64,000 nt of DNA, taken from assembly GCA_015680685.1 (NCBI GenBank), contig MNCI01003374.1:62001-126000 (forward strand), read 5' to 3'. The notes below the pieces were generated by a model, which had not been told where the DNA came from, did not search any database, and saw only the letters and a program-made list of their open reading frames with translations. This stretch comes from Gnetum montanum (taxonomy: Eukaryota; Plantae; Gnetophyta). Below are positions 14,115 to 27,216 of the stretch, piece after piece. Both the position numbers and the translations under genes were made by a program. Each line of letters begins with the position of its first letter. Position 1 is the first letter of the stretch.

Positions 14115-14310
14115 GAGGTAGTTTGTGGTGGTACGAGAGGCAATTTATGATGGTGAAGGAGGCAGTTTGTGGTGGCACGGAAAGTGGTTTGTGATGGCAC
14201 AGGAGGCAATTTATGGTAGCACGGTAGGTAGTTTATGGTGACACAAGAGGTGGTTTGTGGCAGCATGGAAGGCGATTTATGATAGTGCAAGAGGTAGTTT
14301 GTGGTGGTGC
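14115..14310. repeat. Tandem array, about 22-bp unit, about 9 copies
   Basis: Consensus near gaggyagtttrtggtggcacrr, copies adjacent with no spacers. Confidence 0.85.
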
Positions 14311-15115
14311 AGATGTAGGGCAATGCACAATAATAGGCATGCAATAGCGGGCAGTGGGCAGTTAGTGATGGTGGTAATGAGTGATAGCGTGCAAGGGGGG
14401 TGCATGGCCATGAGCAGTAAGCGGCTTGGTGCGGCAAAAGTGGGTGACATGCGATGTAGGGTTGCCCTTGCTATCCAACCATGATGAGCAACAAGCCTAG
14501 TCACAGCTGGGAGCACAGTTAGTCATAGCTAGTAGGAAGATCGGTTGCAGCCCTTCCACCGAGGGTTCAAAATATATTATTATTATTATTATTCTATATA
14601 ATAAAATTTTGGGGTTTAGAATTGAACTTGAGACCTCTAACCACCTTTGTTTAATTTAAAAAGCATTTTTTTAAAATTAAGTTTAAAAATTTTTAAAAAT
14701 ACCTTTTTGAATTTTAAACTGCATGTAACCCGTGAATTACCGTATCTTTCAAACCATAAGTTAGATTTTGATGAAATTAGTACCATTGGAATCATATTGG
14801 TGAGCACTTCTAGATAAGCTGGAGATAATTTCATTTTAGTGAAATTAAAAATCATAAAATCAGAAAAATTTAATGTTAACATTTAAAAACAAAAAGTAAA
14901 CGTTAGCTTTTAAGAAAAAGTGAATATTAGCTTTATCAAATTTTTGATTAACTTAAGTTAAAACTTCCTCTTTACTTGCACTAAGATTTTTATGATTGTA
15001 TTATAAATATGAGAAGAAAAAAGACTTTGCCCATCACAACTCAATATCAAAAGGATTCTATTAGTGGAGAAGCTTGAAGATTTTTTACCATCAAAGGATT
15101 CTAACCATCTTCATC

Positions 15116-17316
15116 ATGGCTCCCAAGTGTCAATCTTCATCTCTACCTGAAACTCCTTCAAGTAGCTTTCAATTAGCCACTATTGTTGTACATCAAAATA
15201 ATGTACTCTTTGCTTTTGATTATGTTCGTAGCTTACTTGGAAAGGAGGGGTTTCAGTACCTTACAACTTTGAGGTTATCTAATTTACTTGTCTTTCCCGT
15301 TTTTAAACTTTCCCATTGCAAAGGCATTCTCATGGAATGGTATGAATACTATAATAGTAAGAAAAGTTCTACTTCACAATTAGTTTTTGGAGCAATAACA
15401 ATCTTTCCTTCTGATATTCGAACAACCTTGGATTTTCAACAAGGAGAGAATCCTTTAATTCCATCAGCTTTCTCCTCAAAATCTAATCATTTTGCAAAAA
15501 GGAATTATTTGATTATGCTATTGATTCTACTCTTGGAAAAAGTTAATTTGTTCATGGAGATTTCATCAATGAGGTTCACTTTGATTTATGTCTACTCATT
15601 TATAGTAAGGTTTTGTGGTATAAACAACAATCCATGTTAATTTTTATTCTATTTACATACTTCATGGTACCATAACTGGTAGAATTTATGATTGGTCATT
15701 GTCCTATTTCTCTACCTAATATAATGGCTACCTAATATAATGCCATGACTAGAATTACTATTGTCCAGTAAAATCTTGCCAAATCTTATACCCTATGTTG
15801 TGTACCCTTGTTCATATGTTTGATCCTAAATTATGATCATTCAAACAAACATTTTATTTGTTATAATTCCCAATTATGCCATGAATTTCTTAAAGATGAG
15901 AGAGTTATAAGGAGTAAGATTGTGGGTGCCAAGAAGGATCAGCTAGCTTTCCAACATGCTTAGAATCAAGAGGAGATCAATGAGGTATTTTTTATGTATT
16001 TATTATTTCCATGTTTTTGATTATGTATTTATTTTATGTATTTGATAGTGTAATCTAGGCTACAGAATGAATCGATTCAGATTGCCCAAGATGGAGCTGC
16101 ATAGGCTGAAGAAGTTTAAGGTACTTTGACATTTGATACAGTTCAACCACAAGAACAAATCACACTTTCTACTCCCAAAGTATATATTTAAATATATATA
16201 TATAATAAATTATTTTAATGTCTTATTTATTTTTCTAATAAATTTCCTTTTGTAGAGGCAACATACTAGGCAAAGTTCTGGTCGTCTAGTAGTTATAAGA
16301 CAATAAGCCCAACAACAGGCTCAACAACAACCCCAACAAACTCAACAAAGTACAAGACAAGATAAAGAAAAGCAACCATAGGTAAGTTTTAATTATTTAA
16401 AGGTTTGAATACTTCCCTTTTTCCTTTGTATGATGTTGATTTTTATGTTGCAGATGTCTATGGAGTGGTAGTACTTTATTCGAGAGAGAGATGATGTAGG
16501 CACCACCTCTAAACAAACTTTCATTCCTTCATTAGATCACCAGGCATTCCTTCTTTTTCTACAATACCTGTAAGAGGTTGCCTTCCATAGGCAGCACCAA
16601 CACCACGTTCTGAGTCTATTTCAATCATTTCTTCTTTCTTTATGTTGGGTTCTTCTTATTCAATGGGACAACTAGTGGTGGCTACTAAAGAAGAACTCGT
16701 GCTTTTTCAGCGTATTAATCAGTGAATTTTTTATAATAAACCCTATTCTATTAGTGAGGGTGTCTACCACTTACGGTAGTCTCAATCATGCAACTTCATG
16801 GCAAACTATGATTTAGTACATGCTGGAGTTTTGTCATCTTTGCATCCAATTCCTAAGGATGCTCCAAATGCTGACAAATATCTAGAGTAACTCTTAGGAA
16901 AATTGGAGAGTGCAACATTCTTCACTTGCCATCTAGAGACTCGTAAATAGTGCCTTCAAATTGACAATAGTTGATTTCAAGTAAATGCTTTTTTTAATTT
17001 ATTTTTTACTCTTTCCTTTTTGTTGATTTGTTCATAACTCATAATTTTAGTCTTGTTTATATAGAGAAAAGAGAAGGAATGGCAAAATGACATGGATGAT
17101 CGATTGATTCAAATAGATATGCTGAAGACCCAACTTAAAAGAAAGGAGGAATCAATAGCTGCAGCAAGATGTGCGATTGAGTATATTAAACAATTGTGTA
17201 ATGGATTGGCTAGATGTAAGGTAGTGCTTAGCAAGAAAGTTGCCATTGATGAAGAAAAGGAAGCACAATTGAAAATAGTCATAGGTCTCCTTGACTCATT
17301 CAATCACAACAAATGA
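15116..17316 (+). pseudogene. Spliced accessory gene inside element C, antisense to gag-pol (PMD/plant-transposon-protein-like N-terminus, Q-rich linker, coiled coil)
   Basis: ATG 15116 (MAPK...). Four short T-rich GT-AG intron candidates: 15985-16058, 16180-16255, 16382-16453, 16981-17065. Last exon is a coiled coil ending at TGA 17316. Several stops. Confidence 0.6.
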
Positions 17317-17559
17317 TTATATTTGTTTTTACATCTTTCCCATTCTTGTGTTTTGCTTTTTTTCCCATTCTTCCTTTTCTGTATTCTGCTTAGATGTACT
17401 TCCTCTTACCCTATTACATAATAAAATAAAATAAAATAATATTTTTTTCATTTTTGCATTTTGCTTAGATATGCTTATTTTTTTACAATAATAATAAAAA
17501 TAAAATAAATCTTTTTCTTCCACTTTGGCTCTTGAATCATGGTTTGCTCTAATACCAAA

Positions 17560-18067
17560 TGTGACATCCCATTCCTGGATGTCATAAAAATCTGATCACT
17601 AAATTTACCGCATTCATTGTTTTCTTAGATAATATAATGAAAAAATCATAACTACTTAATAAATAAATTAACTAGTAAATAAATAATTGGTGTTGTGGAC
17701 TTAAAAAGAGGAAAATAGAAAAATTTTATTAATAGAAGAGTGTACAGTAACGCCCTTTGGGTTATTTTCCTATGCCACTTAAGCCTTAGACGCAATTTGG
17801 CACTACCACCACATTAGGTTGTCCTGCCAAAGGGGTGACAAGTCCCTTCTTGTCTCACTTCCCCCAATTCCCATCACTTGCCTATCCTAGCTCCATAACT
17901 CCATGCTAACACGACCTTTAAACATAGCCTTAAATGGCATAGTTTAAACCCTTTCCCAAGGGATACATGAATAATTGTAACTCCTCATAACGAGGTGCCT
18001 CTTCATTTTCAGGTTAATTACATTATTTACAATTTTTTTCATCCTTAACAAGGGATAGGACGTTACA
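17560..18067 (-). repeat. 5' LTR of element C
   Basis: tgtgacatc...cgttaca; adjacent to the Met PBS. Confidence 0.9.
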
Positions 18068-18975
18068 TTATGCAAGGGCAAACAGGGCATGTGCCTACTA
18101 TGGGGAGGATCCACTTTGCATATCTCTTACTTGGTTTCATTAAGCACCTTATCCTTAGGCATTGTTGCAATCAAAATCTTTTGTGCATCCAACTATGTGC
18201 TCCTTTAAGTATTTTCTTCTATACTCATATTCTCCATCAAATTTTTGAATTTTCAAGCTTTCAAAGATCCTCTTTAATGATTTCATCATATTCTTGACTT
18301 TTCTAAGACTCCATAGGTCCGGATCTCATTCAAAATTTTCTTGTATTTTTTTTAAATATTCAATTTCAAAAAATCTTGTTTATGAACCTTGTAAACAAGC
18401 CCTTGTCAATGAAGCCCATGTGTATACATAGCCCCGTATATGTGGCCTTGTCTACACAACACAAAAATCCTATATATATGTGTGACCGCCTTTAGAAATT
18501 TTCACATTTTCTCTCAAACGCCCAAGGACTTTTTGCAATTTTCAAAGCCCATAACCTTCTAGAACCCATAACTTCCTAACCATTTATCTAAATCACTTTG
18601 TTCTTTGACCATGTAGCTCCCAGAGGTAAGCTTTTAGTCATGGGGGCCACAAACGTGTTCTTTTTTACAGAAAATTTCTCAACATTTTTCTAACTCTAAC
18701 AAAGGTTTAACTAAGGAATCAACATTAAAACACCAAATTACAAGAGTTAAACCATTCCAATGAGCTCTAGTGACACTTACAATGAAAAATTAATTAATAA
18801 AATAATCAATCTATCATGGTCCAACCATAGCCAAGTGTAACTAATTAATAAGATAAGGTATCCAAATATTTTAAATTACACATTAAATCTACTACTCCAT
18901 AGATGTGTTGCGACCATAGATGGCACCAAAAGGGAAACATACACAGGAAGGAGAACCAACTCAACCAAGGGAAAA

Positions 18976-19344
18976 ATGGCCAAGAACAAGCCTAGGAAGA
19001 ACCACTCACAACCCATGCTATGGGACTTCTTAAGAATGAGGCTAAAGTGGAGTCTATTCATCAAATTCTAGAATAAGAGGTGGCAACAGAGCATTTCCAC
19101 TAAGATGAGGTACCAACTCAACAAGAGAATCTTGAGGTGACCTTGATAGAAGCCTGGCTAAACCAAATCAGATCAATGGAGGTCTAGAAGATAGTGCTTT
19201 AAGATTTGAACTTCAGCTCTTTCTTGGAGCAAGCACCTAAAGAGGTATAGGACGAACTGAAGATCTCTTTCATGTGGCCAATTATCACTTCCAGCGGGGA
19301 GTGGTACATGGGAGAGACATTCCTATTTTGAAGCAATAGACAAG
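18976..19344 (+). pseudogene. Element A extra ('env-like') ORF, N-terminal part
   Basis: MAKNKPRK... DLNFSSFLEQAPKEV*DELKISFMWPIITSSGEWYMGETFLF; interrupted by element B. Confidence 0.55.
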
Positions 19345-22300
19345 GGATGCGTGGTGAGGTATCCCTATGCTCAACCATACAAATACAAGTGTCCACGCAT
19401 GATTCGGTAGAAATCCAAGGACTAAGTGCTTATGCGCCTTTGTGGAACAAGAATGGGTTGATCAATCGTTATCTTCCCAAGCTTACTTGTATGTCATGAT
19501 TGTATGATTAAGTAAACTTGAGGCATATGATTTTTATACTTTTTTGTGTTTTTATGTTCTACTGCTAATAAGGGAGGAGAGAGATAACTAAGTAACTAAT
19601 TTAATTTAACTACTTATTAACTAGGCTCTAATTGATCCTAACACTAGTATCTGTTCTCACTTGTCGTATACATCCTAAACCAGTGCAACACTACTAGGAT
19701 TACCAAATGCTAATCGTTGCTAAGTTACCAAGTGTTACACGCATGCTCAAAGTGATCATACTGTATGTGCTTACTTAAGAGAGTTGTAGGGTGAGAGAGA
19801 ATCATTAATTAACTAAGGAAAGCATTAAGTAACATTAATTCACATTAATTAATCTATTCTGAATGCTGCAAGTTTTATCACAAAGTTCACCTTTATTGCC
19901 ATACACAAGATGTGCTCAAGTACACAATGCTTGAATAAAGATCCATTCACTTTATAACTCCTACTACAGGTATGCAGAAATAATTCTAACTTTGAGAGGG
20001 AGAAAAGGCAAGAGTTTGGGTAAGGGACTAAGACTAACTATGCAAACCAAGTGCACCTACCTCTTATTTATAGGCAATGAGGCAGGCCACGATATTGCAT
20101 GGAAGGCCATGATATCGCGTATGTGATATCGTGGATGCGATATCACGGCTCATCATACCCCCATGAATAAATGAAAACTCATCCTCGAGTTCCTTACAAA
20201 ATATTGGGAAGGTATGTGATTATTGACTGAATGAGAACTAATAGTGACAGGAAATAACAAACTCAAAGTGTTCGGTGAACAGATCGATAAACATATTACA
20301 ACATTGGTTTTCATGCCCTTTGTGGTGAACACTGTACATGGATGACATCCAAACCTTCACTTGATAGCTTGAAGAGAAAGAGGGAGAAAAGAAAATGAGG
20401 CATGTTGCTGCCAATGCCGAGATTGCACCCTCTGTTGTTTATCCATGGCCACATGACCAGACTTGTTCCCAACGTAAACGTTCCAGCTCCGGTCCATTCT
20501 AAGTGCTTCCTCCTATTCTAGTCCATAGTTTGTGTATCACCATCTGCACACACAACATAGTCATGAATGAGAAAGGATAAGTAAGCCACAATGCAATTTC
20601 TACCTTGCCTCTATATAAAGCACATTGGCTGGGTTGTGTTTATGGCAGAAATTGGGTTAGAGGTTTATTACTAAGAACTACCCAAGGTGTAGGGATTAGG
20701 CAAGTAGTAGACTGGAGAAATTGAAAAATTTTTGCCAGGTCCCCCATGACTAAGAGCAAACCTCCAGTAGCAATAAGATGGAAAAATATGAGGAATAAGA
20801 AAGATGGGAAAAATAACAATGGCAATGCCAATAAAGTGAATGTCAAAGATGGGGATGAAACGAGAAATGGTTGATTGCAGAGAATGTTTAAGGAAAAGAA
20901 CTTAACAATTGCACCAAAAAGGAATGTCAGTGGATCCTTCCCAAAGTAGGCTCATGCCCTTTATGCCCTGACAAACCCACAAACCAAAGAGTCCATAAGC
21001 TCTAGGAATGTCATTTGGAAGCAAGAGTTAAAAACTTACCCATAAGAATTTACTAAGGAAAAATAATGCATCAACCAGGACATGGACTAATCATAAAACT
21101 GACAATGAGGTGGAAAATGGAAAGAAAGATGGAGAGTAGAAAATGGAATGGAATCCCAAGAGCAAAGTTGTGTAAAGTCCCTTGTGTATGTCATGGTTAA
21201 TGTGATTGAGTAGAACTCATTCCAAATCTAGACTCAAACCAACCACGCGCAATGACCTCGCATCAATACACTTGGCCAATCCACCCTCTTGAAGCAACAA
21301 GAATGCCTCCACAAAGAGTCACCACCATCCCAAGGAGAGCGAGATGGAGAAGCAAGAAGCAAGAAAGGGCCTTAGTTAGAGGGAACCTTTAGGCATGGGT
21401 AACATGTCTTTCTAGTGCCATAAACAGTGCTTGTAGGCCATATTTCCTTATTATGTCTAAGGGATGTGCTTTGATTTCCTCTCTTTTTTTTTGTTTTTTG
21501 CATGAGAAACACACCAAGCAAAGACTTATTTTTATTCACTCAGCTTCCTAATATTTTATTGATGGTAGAATGGTGGAAAACCCAAGAAAAAGCATCCAAG
21601 GACCAAAAAGAATAGCCAACACAAATGCATCGAATTCCCTTGAAGTCACACCCCTTTCAACCATTGAGTCCTTCCTTGGTTTGAAAAATACCAAGCCACC
21701 AATTTATTAATAAGTTTATTTAGAAAAAGGGATAGTCAGTTCCAAAACCAAGGGAGACCATAGAGAGTTGAACTAAGGAATGGACGGTGTGGACTCATTA
21801 CCTGTTTTATCAAAAGAACCATATCTTAATATCAACATCATAATTCAAAGGTAAAAACCAAACATTAGCAATCAATGTTATATAATTCAATCCTCCATCA
21901 TGAGCACTTATTGTATGATGAATGAGAGTAAATCAACTAAACAAAGAAATAGTAAAAATGTGAATGATGATGTAAAACAAAAACAAGAAAGATTAAAGAA
22001 ATGTGTAAAACAAAAATACAAAAAGGATTGAGGCCTTAGAATGGTTGGCATAGGTGGCCATCTCCCCCACAACTAAGTTGGAAGGTGGAGATCTGAAATA
22101 GCGAGTAAGGTTGTCCACAAACAGAGGTAGTATGAGTACTGGCTATCCTAAATCGAGGTCTATCTCTATCCCTATTTGTGAAATCTTATGCCCTAGTATA
22201 ATGCCTTCTTGGACCATCAAATTGATTTTCTACCAATTGAGCCTTAAATTGGTTTCTACACATCATTTTAATACTTTCTCTAACCAGTCCAAGGCTTGAT

Positions 22301-25300
22301 CAAAGTTTGCTCCATAGGTGGAGAAGTCATCCATGAAGACCTCCACATCATTTCCTATCTACTGCTGAAATATGCTTAGAACTAATCATTGAAACGTTGC
22401 AGGTGCATTGCACAAGTCAAACGACATCTGTTTGTATGTAAATGTTCCCCAAGGACTAGTGAACATAGTCTTGGCTTGGTCTTCTAGGGCTATTTGTATT
22501 TGGTTGTACCCACTATACCCATCTAGAAAACTATAGTAGTGATGCCTTGCGATGGTGTCTAAGACTTGGTCGACAAATGGTAATGGAAAGTGATCTTTGA
22601 ATGTTGCCATATTTAGTAGCTTGAAATCTATGCACACCCTCTATTTTCCTTCCTTTTTAGGCACAATAGCTAAGGAACTAACCCATTTTCTATTAGCAAT
22701 GGGGTAGATGAACCTAGCTTTTAGAAGTTGTTCGATTTCTTCTTCAACCACTTACTTCAGCTTTGGGTTCAATCGCCTTTGCGGTTGTCTTCAAGGCTTC
22801 ATGGAGGGCTCGGTGTAAATTCTATGTTGGCATGTCCTAGGATCTATTCCAGTTAATTTGGGATATGACCAAACAAAGGCCTTCAACCACTTATTTATTA
22901 CTTTCAACAGTCTTTCTTTTTGTTGAGGAGCAACCTTCGTGTTAATAATTACCGATTTTCCATTTTTAAGAAACGTGTATTCCATACTGATGGCTAATGG
23001 TTTTACCTTAAGGGGCTCCTACTTAAACTTATTAGGGATTTCCAACTTCCCCCAGTTGATATTTTCAAGGTCAGACTTGGAAGTTGACGATGGACTTACT
23101 CTAATGTGTCTATGCTATCGATGTAAGCGCAACTCAAACCCTCAGTTGGTTCCATGAATATAGTTGAACTGCTCTCTTGATCAGTTGTCAACCACTGGGT
23201 GCCTTCATATCTTGTGGCTGTTACATATAGGCATCTTTGTATATTAGTCACTTGTGCACACCAATTGCATGCAAGTAGTGTTAAACATTATACAAACCAT
23301 GACTTCTGCACGTAATTACACCCCGTGTCGCTATATGCGATGCATGGAATTTTCTTCTTCTCAATATTTCCAAATGTATTTTCCTTTGATATTTTCAAGG
23401 AAAGATTGTGGATTCCTAGGTGCACATCAATTGTTCTTAGCCATGCTCTTCCCATTATGATTGGGAAGTCCCCCTTATTGTTGTTCACTTGAATCACTAA
23501 GAAGTCGGCTGGATACGACCACCCACAAATAGTGGTAACAATGTCCTCCACTAGTTCCAATGGGATGGTGATGGACTAGTCGGCCAACTCTAAACAAATG
23601 TTACTCCTTTTTAGCAAAGTCAAGTTCTAGGCCTTGTACATTTGAGAAATTAAGTTGACACCAGAACCTGAATCCAAAAGAGCTTTGCACGGCTCATTTC
23701 TAGTGATTTGTAGATATATCAAAGGACTCCCAGGATCAGAGAATTTCCTAGGAAGATGGCCAATTTTTATCCAATCAATGACGGCATGAGTTAACATGAC
23801 CGTATGTGTTAAGCGTGGTTTTTTGGTTGAAGGGAGCTTCAAAGTTTCAAGTGATAGTGAGGTGGTTGAAGAATTAGCCGCTTGTGGTTGTAAGGGCTTA
23901 GTTGGATTGTTGGTTCTAAAGAAAGGTCTTGTCTTCATGCGATTGTCAGAACCAACAGTAGGTTGAGGGTTAACAACCCTTGTGGCATTACGTTGCTATG
24001 GCTACGTAGGGATTTCACCTTGCATAGCTGGAGCAGGTGGTAATGGAGTTAACTGTGGAAGAGGTGCAACCAAATCAGAAGGATGGTATGTTTGTGGAAC
24101 ATCACCCCTAGGAGAAGGAGTCCTATAATACTCACAGGCTTGGTAGTAAGGTTCAAGAGTAATGTGACCAATAGAGTCACGTGGAGAGATTGGTTGCTAC
24201 ACATAATATCCATAGGGGTTAGGTACTGTTGCCATGGTGGTGCCATTCCCCATGATTGTGCATATTGCCACTGCTAATATTACTCGATCAATTGTGGTGG
24301 AGTTCCACTTGGATAATACGTTAAGGGTTGGTGGAACTGTCTTAAGTTACCTTGGGGATAAGGTAACCTTTGAGATGTTTGCCTTTTGTTTAATCATGGG
24401 TTGAGTGCATACACCCTAGACTCCTATAGATGTGAGATTATAGGGCAACATCCTTTAGGATGGTCATATTGGCATATCTCGCATCCACTATCATTATCTA
24501 TATTTGATTCCACAACCTCCTTGATGATGGCAACATTTCCCTTACCCTTGTTACATGCATGTTTAATTTCTCTCTTTTTTCTTTTTTCTTGATCACTACC
24601 TTGCTCTCTAAACTCCTCTACTATTTTGAGAATAGTTTGAAATCTATCATCTAAGGAGTCCCACATCTGGTCTACCTTTGTCGATACTTCCAATGCTAAT
24701 TTTTGGATAGGCAAAGTTTTTCTATTCATCATCTCTTTGAGTGGTGACTCTTCTTCATTCTCATAAAATCTTACTCCCCTCTTTCAGATGGAAGGATCTC
24801 TATTATATTCCTCCACACTCTCTCTTTTCCTTAGCTCACCTTCTTCTTTAGCAACTTGCTCCAATAATCTTTGTACTTGATAGGTCCTAAGCTTAGATAG
24901 CCCTCCTTGGGCATACATCCCAAGGGTTCTTCACATTTCATGCCTAAGTCCATTTACGAGATGGCGTAGTTGATCCCTTTGTGAATAACCATGGCCACGA
25001 CAACGATGTAATAGTGCATAATATCAACCCATGATAGCATCCAAGGGTTCATGACCTCCTTGTTTCCATCCTTGGATTTGCTTTTACAAATTGGACACTC
25101 GGGAGTATGTTTGGTAGTTATCGTTGAACAATTCTAACATGGTACTCCACCTACGAATGGATTCTGGTCCTAAGGACCAGTACTAGCTTTCCGCTTCTTT
25201 GACTAGTGTCCATGGGAACAACTTAAGTTTTTGCTATTCACTTTCTATGTTTTGTAAGGCACATGCATCATGAAATTCTTATAGATGATTTTAAACATTA

Positions 25301-27211
25301 GCATTGTACCCCCCCTTCAAATCATGGGATGTTGTTCATGTCTAATCTCTTGATCTTACTATCTTTTTGGTGTCTTGTTAGGATTCTAATAGCCTTAATT
25401 ATGTCTAGCATACTTCAAGTAGCAAGTAGGGGTTCATCATGATCATCCCGTCCATGGAATCTATGATGCCTATGTTGTTCCCTATTCTTTCTTCTTTCAT
25501 GATTTGTCTCTCTAGAGTGCCCTCGTCCCCTTTCTCGACTATTTTGTCTATGATTCCCGTTTTTCCTACCCTTATCCTCATGGTCTTTTTCCTTGTGACT
25601 ACATCCAGATCCTAAAGGAGAGGGTGAAGGAGATGATGAAGGTGAAGAAGAAGGAGGACCATCACCATGTCGATGCTTGCTTCCTTCTCTTCGGTGGTCG
25701 CAGCCTCGATTGTCGTTTAGGGTTTAGGGTTTATGTTCATGTTCCTTTTTCAAACCCTTTGTGTTTGTTGATACCAAAATCTGGGTTATGGATAGTTAAG
25801 TAAAGATTCTGATACACAACCCCTTGACTGAAGTCAACAGGAGGAACATCATTGTGTGGGTGACTACCTGAGGCAGGTTCACCACCTTCATTTTTTCTTA
25901 GGACATGTGAGACATTCTGTGACAACTTTCCCTTCATGGATTCATGACGTCTCTCCTGTTGTAAGTCCCTTTGACATTGTGCCTCCCTGGGTCAATACTC
26001 TCTTGAGTCATGATCATGCACAATGTACTTTGCCTATATGTGTTGCATGCCAATTCATGTGAGATCACGAAGAAGCATGCCCGGGACTAAATGATCAGGA
26101 GGTAACACTATGTTACCTTCTAAATCTCGCCAACGTAGTTGTTCATCCTAGTGGAGGATAAAGATAAAGTTTGGTATATACTCATTGGGATGAACATATA
26201 CCATGCGAAACTGTTGAGGGACTAGCAGATTATCATGTTTACTATGCCTTCAATTGTTCCTTGTATTTGACCTAGGTGGTGAAACACTTTCGTACGAAGA
26301 AGGAGATATGATTGTCTATTCAGTGTGCAATGTATTATTATTTATTATTTTTCATTAACCATTCCAATGATGTGAAAGATTTCCTATGTTCTGGTTAGCA
26401 CACAAACAACAAAGTTCTCAACAATGGCACCAATGATGAGTGGTGAGGTATCTCTACACTCAACCATACAAATACAAGTGTCCACGCATGATTTGGTTGA
26501 ATTCCAAAGACTAAGTGCTTATGAGCCTTTGTGGAACAAGAATGGGTTGATCAATCGTTATCTTCCCAAGCTTACTTGTATGTCATAATTGTATGGTTAA
26601 GTAAACTTGAGGCATATGATTTTTATACTTTTTTTGTGTTTTTATGTTCTACTGATAATAAGGGAGGAGAGAGATAACTAAGTAACTAATTTAATTTAGC
26701 TACTTATTAACTAGGCTCTAACTAATCCTAACACCAATATCTATTCTCACTTGTAGTACACATCTTGAACCAATGCAACACTACTGGGATTACCAAACAC
26801 TAATCGTTGCTAAGTTACCAAGTGTTACACACATGCTCGAAGTGATCGTACTGTATGTGATTACTTAGGAGAGTTGTAGGATGAGAGAGAATCATTAATT
26901 AACTAAGGAAAGCATTAAGTAATAGTAATTCACATTAATTAATATATTCTAAATGCTGCAAGGTTTATCACAAAGTTCACCTTTATTACTGTACACAAGA
27001 TGTGCTCAGGTACACAATGCTCGAATAAAGATCCATTCACTTTATGACCCCTACTACGGGCATGCAAAAATAATTCTAACTTTGAGAGGGAGAAAAGACA
27101 AGAGTTTGGGTAAGGAACTAAGACTAACTATGCAAACCAAGTGCACCCACCTCTTATTTATAGGCAATGAGGTAGGCCACGATATTGCAGACGTGATATC
27201 GCAGCTCATCA
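19345..27211 (-). mobile_element. Element B: internally deleted Athila-type element nested in A
   Basis: LTRs 19345-20155 and 26434-27211; perfect TSD acaag; Asp-type PBS at about 26416-26433; PPT 20156-20165. Confidence 0.92.
22110..26220 (-). pseudogene. Element B gag-protease-RT; RNase H and integrase absent
   Basis: ALLDSGSGVNL (23627-23938 ORF); KDHFPLPFVDQVLD...FLDGYSGYNQI (22386-22637); VFMDDF at about 22330; then jumps to the post-integrase sequence. Confidence 0.9.
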
Positions 27212-27216
27212 ACAAG

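Larger units (their letters stand above)
9002..18067 (-). mobile_element. Element C: chromovirus (Tekay-like) Ty3/gypsy element nested in A; RT, RH and INT core deleted
   Basis: 508-bp LTRs 9002-9509 and 17560-18067; perfect TSD ttatg; Met-i PBS (reverse complement tggtattagagc, 17546-17557); PPT at about 9511-9525. Confidence 0.9.

Noticed and set aside
14115-14310. CRISPR-like periodicity
   Set aside because: Adjacent degenerate units with no unique spacers, no cas genes, eukaryotic context.
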